Shown piece by piece: positions 38,293-46,947 of a DNA stretch of 46,947 nucleotides (its first letter is position 1; every line of letters begins with the position of its first letter). The DNA comes from Guillardia theta CCMP2712 (taxonomy: Eukaryota > Protista > Cryptophyta). The translations under genes and the position numbers were made by a program. Below the pieces are notes generated by a model, which was not told the origin of the DNA, did not search any database, and worked only from the letters and a program-made list of their open reading frames with translations. The stretch is from assembly GCF_000315625.1 (NCBI RefSeq), contig NW_005434530.1, forward strand, positions 1 through 46,947, given 5' to 3'.

Positions 38293-38916
38293 GACGGGCG
38301 AGCCGATTTCCCGCCAAATCCCCAGTCTCTGGTGAAAATATAGGATATATATAGTATATAGCGCGATGTTCTATGATAGCAACAGAAAACTACTGACGTC
38401 AAACCAGGGCTTCGAAAGTGGAACCGTTACATATCCAACGGAATCTAAATGGAGAGAAAATGAAGGACGAGAACGAGGAGAGAAAGAGAAGAAGAGTGAA
38501 GGAGAGAGGAAGAGAGGAGGAGAGAGGAAGATAGAAGAAGAGAGGAAGAGAGAAGGAGAGAGGAGAAGAGAGGAAGAGGGGAGAAGAGAGGAAGAGAGAA
38601 GGAGAGAAAAATAATGACACATAAGAAAGAGTGGAGGAGGAAGAGGAGAGACACGAGAAAAAAACTGACAGAGAGAGAGCAGGAGACAGAAGGGAGTGAA
38701 CTATCAGGGAGATAAGGGGAAGGAAGAAAATGTCGGGCAATGGAAAAAAGAGAGTCAGAAGGGAGAAGTGATTGAATGATACGATATGTAAAGAACGAAG
38801 CATGAAAGATAGTGGCAAATCAGTTGGCACACTGTGTAGTAGGAACAGGTCTAGGGATCGTGGTACATAATGAAACGTGATGGTGACATCTGCTGTGCTA
38901 GAGTCGTTCTTGTGCC

Positions 38917-40661
38917 ATGATCGCTCGTACGGCCATCACTGCAGTACTTGGCGCCTTCCTGTTGCTCTGCCTGGCCGCATTTTCCTACGTGACCCGGGTA
39001 ACACAACCTCTTTCCTGCTTCTTCCACCTCCCTCCTCCTCCTTACAGCCTCCCGTCCTGCCCGCTCCTGTTCTCATCTAATCTGATCCCTCGTCTCATGT
39101 CCGTTCTCAAAGTATCAGCAGGAGCAAGCGGTTCTTCTTTCATCGCAGCCTGACACCTCCAACAAGGACAACGTGGTTCGCCATGGCCGATGCTACAGAC
39201 ATCTGACTTCCTTCCAGATCGCTCTAGTGCACGCGCTCGCCAGGAGGAAGCTGATGAAACACTCGTCGTCCTCGACAGAGCGAGAGAGAGAGGAAAAGAA
39301 GGAGGCCAGGTTGACTTGTGTCCTCCTCTGCAGCTAGGGGATGATTTGCATGCCGTCAGGGAGGAAGAGCTTCAGGACTGCGCTCCTTTCTGCGACCTCG
39401 GCCGATCGTGAGTGAGGAGGGAGGGGCTGCGGAGCGAACTGATGAGACTTGAGGGCTAGGATGAAGCAGAAGGGTAGGAGTGGAGGGCTGCAGGAGGTTG
39501 GAGGGGAGGACAGTTCGTGCCCGTAAGCTCCTTCCCTCATGCTGCCTGCCTCACACTCGCTCTCCTGCAGCTCCTGCGGCTCCGGAGCCTCCCAGCATGT
39601 CTCCCTCAAGCAACTCTCTGTCACTCGTCCTGCTGCCCACAAGAAGCTCACCGCTGCTGACCGAAGGTCGCCGCTGAACCTGCTCATCCATGCTGCTACT
39701 GCTCTTCCTGCTCCTCCTCCTGTCTCTGCTGCTTTTCATGTGCTTCTGTTGCTAATCCTGCGCGTGTATCTGCTTTTGACTCTGAATTCATTGCTATTTC
39801 TGTCTTGGTTGTCTTCCCTCTTACCCTCTGCTCTTTCAGGAAGATCGCGGAGGCTGCAAAGAAGATCGAATCCTCTCTCGCTGTCTCAAGCTTGCACGTC
39901 CCCAAAGACGTCAAGGTCTTTCCTGCCCTCCCCTTGTCTCATTCCTGCCCTTCTGCCCTCCTTTCCCTCCTTTTCCTTTCCTCCCTTCCTTTCTCCCTTT
40001 CTCCCCTCTCTTCCATCTTTCTTGCTCTATTTCCTTTCCTCGCTTTACTCCCCCCATGTGTTCTTCTTCACTTTGCTCTTCTTTTTGTCTTCTTCTCATT
40101 CCTCATTCTTTGCTGAATCATGTTTTTTCATCCTCTCTGTATCAGGAGGAGATGGCAAAGATTCGCTCCTCCGGCACAGGATGGAAGGCGCTGTGGGGTG
40201 AGAAAATGATGGAGGAGGAAGAGGAGGAAGGGAAGGAGGACAAGGAAGAGGAGGACGAGGACGAGGGGAAGGAGGACGAGTGTGACCTGCCACCGCAGGG
40301 ATGGGAAAGCAGAAGGGGATCACACGGGACGACGCGAGGTTCGAGTATCTCGCCGGGAAGTCAGTGAGGTGAGGAGCAGGCAGGATCAGTAAGAGGCGCA
40401 GAGGCAGCGACAGGGGAAGGAGGAGAAGAGGAAGGAAGAAGGGGGAAGAAGCAGAACATGTCAACAAGGGAGAGGGAGGGAGGGAGGGAGAGGGAGAGAG
40501 GGAGGGAGAGGGAGAGAGAGAGAGAAGGGAAGGAATGCAGCAATGCAGGAGTGAAGGAGGATGGGAGAGGAGGAGGGGAGATTGATATCTGTTGCAGATC
40601 GTCGACGGTGAGAGATCCGCTGGCGGCAAGAGATCCCTTCACACAAGACTTTCACTACTAG
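38917..40661 (+). CDS. Hypothetical protein with N-terminal signal/anchor (multi-exon, model tentative)
   Basis: MIARTAITAVLGAFLLLCLAAFSYVTR, then short exons between CT-rich or GA-rich GT-AG introns (KIAEAAKKIESSLAVSSLHVPKDVK, EEMAKIRSSGTGWKALW, RDPLAARDPFTQDFHY*). Confidence 0.55.
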
Positions 40662-41136
40662 CTCAACATGTCGAGGATGGAGAGAAGGAGGGAGAGAAGG
40701 AGGGAGAGGAGGAGGGGGAGGAGGAGGGAGAGGAGGAGGGAGAGGAGGAGGGAGAGGAGGAAGGAGAGGAGTGGGAGTGGGGGCAGAGAAGGGTTTCATG
40801 ATGATAGGGTGTGAGATAGCCTCAAAGTGGAGAAAGAAAGTGACGAAGAGGAGGTAGCTATTGAGAGAAGGATTATTGAATTTCCGTATTGTAGAGTATG
40901 CTCGGACTTTTGTATTCTAGTGAATCAACAACGAAGATTGTCTGTTTGCACTCAACAACATCAACCTCCTCTCCTATCCATGGCATGTTGTATTGAGGGT
41001 GCATTACTATCATTAATGTGTCAGGGTATCATTCTGTCTAGACGTTCCTTCCATCTGCATCGTGTGAATGAAACCGGACAACTTTACAAACATCTTTAAA
41101 TCGGAATAGTCTACATCATCTTACATCTCCTTATTC

Positions 41137-42751
41137 TCACTCTCCCTCCCTTCCTTTGCTGATCACAACGTGCTCCATCCCCTCCCCTCCTCCTCCCAAC
41201 TTCGTTTCTACCACACTCCTCAGACCCGCCTCCCACCTGCTGCAAAACTCTCTCACCCGCCACAGGCGACTAACATGCTTCCTGCCCTGTCCTGCTCTCC
41301 CCTCCTCCCTCCTCATCTCACCACTCCTTCCCTCCTCCCGCTCCTCCTCTTCCTCCTGCTCCTCCTGCTCCCAGCACTTGCTCTCGCTCGCTGCCGGCAC
41401 AACATCTGCTCCTCGAGCCTGCATCGTCTCGCAGCTCAGCCTCCTCAGCCTCCTCCTCCTGAGCACCAGCTGGACTGCTACATCCTCGTAGTCCCCAAGG
41501 GTCCTCGTGACCGTGAGCGAGGAGCCGGCGGCGAGGGCGAGGGAGGAGCCGAGGCGGGAGGGAATGGACTCTCCTGCTACTGTGAGGAGGGGGAGGCCCA
41601 CCCAGAGCCCTTCGACGCCTGCAAGAAAAGCAAGAAGGTGAGAGCAGGAGCAGGAGCAGCAGGAGCAGCAGGAAAGAGAGAGAGGGGGGAGAAAGGAGGA
41701 GGAGGGGGAGGGGGAGGGGGAGGGGGATGTAGAGGAGGCAACGAGGGAAATATGGAGGAAGACAAGAAGGGGGAGGGAGTCTAGAGTAACTAGGTCTAGT
41801 TGAACAACAAGCAGCAACTGCTAGGGTAAGAGGAAGAGCAGGAAGAGCAGGAAGACGAGGAGGACGAGGATAAGTAGAGACAAACAAGCAGAAGAAATGA
41901 GCATGCTAGACAGCAAACCTGTTGTATGGCAGTTGAACAAGGGAGTATCAAGGAGAACGTCTGTGATGTTCATCCCTCAATCTTGTACAACTCACAACAC
42001 AACAATCACCTGCTAACATCTTTGTCTGAAGCTCAACCCGCCTGTCAATTAGATCTGTGAAGTGAATCCGAGACAACACCTGACAGCTGTCAACCATTCC
42101 ACCTATTACCATTGACAGCTACAACATCACTGACTGTGACAACAACATTCAAAGTTACAACATTCTCCGCGAGTCCATCTTTCATAGTTACAGCAACATC
42201 ATCTTCAGCGGTTCGGTTCGATCTTCACCAACGTTCACATTTACCTTGACAATCGTTGAGTTTTCGACACGCCAGGAAGTCAACATGAGCCTGAAGGCTC
42301 GTCGCAAGGGAACCTCGCTCTCTCTGTTGTGCCGCAGCACCCACAACCTCGCGTTGGAGACTTTCTGGACGAGAGAAAGTTCACGATGAAGGTGGAGCTT
42401 GAGGAAACGAGGACAACAAGGGAAGGGAAGAGAAGAGAAGAGAGCGGAGAGAAGGGGAACGAAGAGGAGAGAGGAGAAGGGAGGGAGGAGGAAGGAGGAG
42501 GGAGGGAGGGAGGGGAAACACACTAGGAAGAGGATAAAAATTGCAAGCAGAACGGCAAACGAAACAGATGGGTTCAACAACAACAAAGAATCAATGATGT
42601 GTTCCTCTCCTTCCCTCACCAGCAAGATTTTACCCCACACGTGCAAAATTTCTCGTTCGATCTTGTAGGGCTGGCTGAACACAACAAGAAGAACGTCGTC
42701 GGACATGTCGGCCCCGAAAATCTCAGTCTTGTTGAGCGAAGTTGGAGAATG

Positions 42752-42791
<40 letters not shown>

Positions 42792-44672
42792 GATGAAGCA
42801 TCGCCTGCAATGGATGGGAAAATATGTAAGAGAGGGCTGAGACAAGATTGTGAGAAAGAGGTAAGAAAGAGGAGCGAAGAGAGATGAAAGAAAAGGTGAA
42901 GGAAGAGGAGGGGTGGGAGAAGATCAATCAACAGTAGGAAACAAAGGCAATTGGAGAGGGAAGAGAAGATGAACAGTGGTAAAGGGAGCGAGAGAACAAA
43001 GTGAGGAAATAGAGAGAAAGGAAAAAAGGAAAGAGAACGAGAGGGAAAATGCACGGACAACGGGATGATGTAGAAGGGTTGCCTGATAGACCTTGAGCGT
43101 GAGTCAAAGGAAAGCTGTTGGCGAGGTAAGGAAAGGGGAGGAGGAGCAGAGACTCGAGGAAGAAGGATCGAAGATCGGGGGGGGAGGACGTCGCGTCTCC
43201 CGCAAAGTAGTCAACAAGCTCCCGCCCTAACGTGCCTGGGTAGCCGTGCCAGTGAACCTGAGAAAGAAGGAGTTGGGAGGGAGGGAGAGAGTGAGGAGGA
43301 GAAGAAGGAAGAGAAGGAGAAAACGAGGAGAAGGAAAACAAGAGAAGGAGAAACAAACAAGGAGGAGGACAAGGAGGAGGACAAGGAGGAGGAGGGAACA
43401 AGACGAGCAGAAGAAAACTTTAGTCAGAGAAAGCAACCTTACTCTTGGTCCTCGAAAATGTTGTCGACTTTCCCAGTTTTCCCACTCTCCCTCGTTCTGT
43501 TTCCCTCCTCTCTCCCTCTCTCTCCCTCTCTCTCTCCCTCTCTCTCTCTCTGATCTCCACTCCTCCTCCTCCTCCTCCTCCTCCTCCTCCTCCTCCTCCT
43601 CCTCCTCCTCCTCCTCCTCCTCCTCTTCCTCCTCCTCACCTCCTCCTCCTCCTCCTCCTCCTCCTCCTCCTCCTCCTCCTCCTCCTCCTCCTCCTCCTCC
43701 TCCTCTTCCTCCTCCTCCTCCTCCTTCTCCTCCTCCTTCTCCTCCTCCTCCTCCTCCTCCTCCTCCTCTACCTGTACAAAAGATGGTCGCAGTGCAAGCA
43801 GATGAAATCTCGGGCCGAGTGTCAGCCCGGTGAGGTCGACTAGCACCTGAGGGCAGAAAGCAAGTGAGAGAAATAACGCAAGAGCAAGATGAAGAATGGT
43901 AGAAGTGAGAGGTCGATGAACGAAGTATGAGATGATTGTAAGATAACAACGAGAGAAAGGTAGGGCATGCTGTTGAGATGAAGGACGGGAAATCAGAACA
44001 GGACTTTCAAAGAAGAATAGACGAGAGACAACACAACAACAGATGCAAAACGAACACAATTTGTTCTAATCATCACGCGTGCATCATCATGCCGATCACG
44101 ATAGGACCAAGACACCTGAATTCTCCTTGTGTTGATGTTGTTTGCTGCTTCTACATTCTCCATCGCACTCATGTCAACAAACTCGAAGCAAGATCTGCTG
44201 ATCTCCATCCTGACCTGTTCGCATTCGAGGTAAGCAGCTGCACCTTCATTTCTCAACAGAGTGAGTGATACAACCATTGAGCCGTCATCGCCAGCAAGTG
44301 CAAGACAATGAACCACAACGTGTCTGTGAACTTACTTCACTGACAAGTGGGAGATAACAATCAAAAAACCTTCTGTCATGTGATTTCAACACCCCAACAA
44401 TGAAGTTGGCAGTTGTGGTGGAAGCATGAAACCCCGTCCCTGAAAGATACCCGATGCGGAGCTTGCGGGTTGACATTAAAGTGAAATCTGTGGGAGGCGA
44501 AAGTAACTAGATGAAAGATGAAGAGAACAGAAAAGAGAAAAGGAGATGAAGCGAAGCAAAGTGCGCAAAGAACGACTATCGGGGAGGAGCGGGTGCGGGA
44601 GGAAAACTGGGAAGGTAGAGTGGAGCTGGAGCAAGACCCGGAGCAAGATAAGGACCACGAGTGAGAGGAGTA

Positions 44673-44709
<37 letters not shown>

Positions 44710-46001
44710 GGGGCAAACGCGTTTGAGCACGGGGGAGAGCGAGGGATTACAGGGAGGGGTAGAAGCATTCAAGATAAACATCGATCACACAACAGTTTTC
44801 ATACCGAGACTGTGAAGAGCAAAACTTGAGTTGTATAGCTTGAAGAGCAACATCAGTACGCGACTCATCCCTTACATGCTCACCATTTGAACTTCTCTCA
44901 AGTGTTTCTTCGCATTCTCTTCAGCCAGAACCTTTGTCTGCCTCTTCAATCACACAAGTACATGCAAAAGATCTCCCCTTCACCTGCTCCACGGAAAGCC
45001 CAATCTCTCCAGCATGAGTAGCAGAAGTGCAGCTGAGAGGAAACATCACATGAAAGAAATTACGTACAATTCATCACCGAAGCAGCAGGTCAGGACGTTC
45101 GGCCAACAAGAGAGAAAGACGTCTGAAGTACCTGACTGACATGTCAAGATGACAACAAGTAGAACAAGTCAACCAAGAGCTCCGCACACTTGGCCGCGTC
45201 AAGTTCGAGTCAAACTCGATCAACGGAAAGTGATGGTAAACCCAGAAGGAGCTCCGCTGCCAACATGTCACATTCGTGCCGCTCGAGAGCCTCCTAGTAC
45301 TTGCAAGCTCAACATCAGGTTACACAGCAGCTCTACTGCTAGGACCGGGTCCTCCCTGCTCCCCGTTGCTGTCTTGCCATCCCTTGGACTCGTCCCCTCA
45401 TCCTCCTCCTCTTCCAGCTCCTCTGACCTCGCACCTCTGTGCAGCCTGAACATCCTCCCTGCCGCCATGAGCGCCTGCACGGCGAGCGCATGGGAGTTTG
45501 AACGCATCAAGATCTGTGGGCGTGCGATGAGTAGGACGAGCAGAAGAGATAGAGGAAGTGGAAGAACTGACCAAAGTACAGAAAGATGAAGAGATAAAGA
45601 TAGTAACGAAGGAAGAGAAATAGGAGGGGAATCAGGAGGGGAGCAGGAGGAGAGGAGGAGCAGGAGCAGGAGGAGCAGGAGCTGGAGCAGGAGGAGGAGA
45701 AGGAGGAGTCTGACCTGGGCAAACGCCACGAGAGATCGAGGAGAAGGATAGCAGACCCTTGAAGACATCAACAGCAAGCGAGCAGAAGTACGGTAGTCTT
45801 CGATCAGATGAAAGATGTTGGCTGCTTCAAGATAAAAACGTTCTCCGCAGTCTCTCGCTTCTCCTGTCCGTGAAGCTAGCAGATAAACTAGCTCCTGCTA
45901 CAGAGTAAGTATGATTGATCGATTGATTAACGGATCGATCGATCGATGGATTTCTCGATGTTGTTGTTGTTGATGATGATGATGAGGAGGAGGACGAGGA
46001 G

Positions 46002-46037
<36 letters not shown>

Positions 46038-46046
46038 GACGAGGCA

Positions 46047-46087
<41 letters not shown>

Positions 46088-46630
46088 GAGAGGGTAGGAT
46101 CAGGAGGAGGAGGTTGTACTTTTGATTATTGTGGTGGTGGTGGTGGTGGCAATGATAGCGTTAATGGTGGGGTGGTAAGGATGAAAAGAGGGAGAAGAAA
46201 ACATGTCAACAATCAACAAACGATGACAACAAAGTGATGCCAGTTGTTAGAACATTCACCTCACAGAGCTTCGCAGCTTCTTTTCTCTTCCCTCGTCTCA
46301 ACATGACATTCACAAGTTTCGAATAGACATCTTCATCCCTGGGGCTCAGCCCCAGCCCCTTCCTGTAAACCCATCACGCCGTTCACTTCACTCCCTGCTC
46401 GAGCTCACCTGTACGCTCGTTCTGCCTCCACCACGTCTCCAGCTCTTCAAGGATCCAAGTCAGCAGAGGATCGGGAGGAGGTGTAGGCTGCCTGCTGCTG
46501 GCGACTCCGAGGTTGAACCACACCAGAGCTACCGTAGGGTACAGGCGAGCTGCTTTGTGGAATGCCAGGAGAGCGAGACCAAGATCCCCAGCATCGAGAG
46601 CCCTGGCCTTGCCACATGAGGACAGACTAG
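41137..46630 (-). CDS. GT41 family O-glycosyltransferase (OGT/SPINDLY-like) with TPR-like N-terminal region (multi-exon; 5' end may extend further or off the window)
   Basis: KLRIGYLS, VLKSHDR, VLVDLTGLTLGPRFHLLALRPSFVQ, WHGYPGTLG..VDYFAGD, FSQPYKIE..W.KIL, DVLLDTPLFNCHTTG and EGLWVGLPLLTVAGESIPSRLGSSL. Confidence 0.88.
43561..43768. repeat. Long (CCT)n microsatellite in a GT41 intron, preceded by (CT)n
   Basis: Direct reading. Confidence 0.95.
45960..46090. repeat. (GTT)n/(GAT)n/(GAGGAC)n compound microsatellite, intronic
   Basis: Direct reading. Confidence 0.85.
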
Positions 46631-46947
46631 GAGGGAGAGAGGAGGAGCAGCAGCAGCAGCAGAAGAAGAAGAGGGTAAAGCTGGGTTTGGGGAGGGCGAC
46701 TCGGGTCTATCGGGAAGGTTGGAAGGACAGGGAGGAGGTTGAGAAGGAGGAGGAGGAAGAGGAGGAGGAAAAGGGGGAGTGGGGGGAAAGGGGGGGGGGC
46801 GGGGGGAAGAACGCAACAGGAATATCGCGAAGCCGATGGTTACAAGGAAGAAGTGGAATCCTTACGAGAGGCAAACGGTGGACTGACAGGGCATTTTTGT
46901 TGGAGGAACCTGTATGATGTCTTGAATGTCAAAATGAGGCGCAAGCC

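Noticed and set aside
42188-44059. Long poly-Glu/Gly/Pro/Ser ORFs
   Set aside because: Translations of intronic microsatellites within the GT41 gene.

Overview
Eukaryotic nuclear DNA from an alga with a complex plastid. The style fits a cryptophyte such as Guillardia theta (inference from TTTAGGG repeats, signal-peptide+Phe plastid leaders and short CT-rich introns), and the window is probably a left chromosome end or subtelomere. Positions 1-3710 hold the 5' half of a minus-strand non-LTR retrotransposon whose 5' end abuts about 13 telomeric repeats (3711-3803). Its ORF2, missing from the ORF track because it runs off the window, fuses a Ulp1/C48-type cysteine protease with an intact His-Asp-Cys triad to an APE endonuclease. 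It sits in frame behind a single TAA stop of a 701-aa ORF1. Host genes follow: Tudor-SN (one frameshift), PI4-kinase beta-type, an acylation-motif two-domain phosphagen kinase made of a near-perfect 1260-bp duplication, plastid ALB3, an unknown multi-pass membrane protein, a plastid DUF819 protein, gamma-tubulin, an unknown membrane/secreted protein and a GT41 O-glycosyltransferase. Five copies of an unrecognised small-protein family sharing a C-terminal LL[KR]PEF-x3-FK-x2-R motif occur as a head-to-head inverted pair and as a 1.8-kb tandem array. Three non-coding GC- and palindrome-rich islands, some with G-rich flanks, punctuate the region. Spans of multi-exon genes are approximate.
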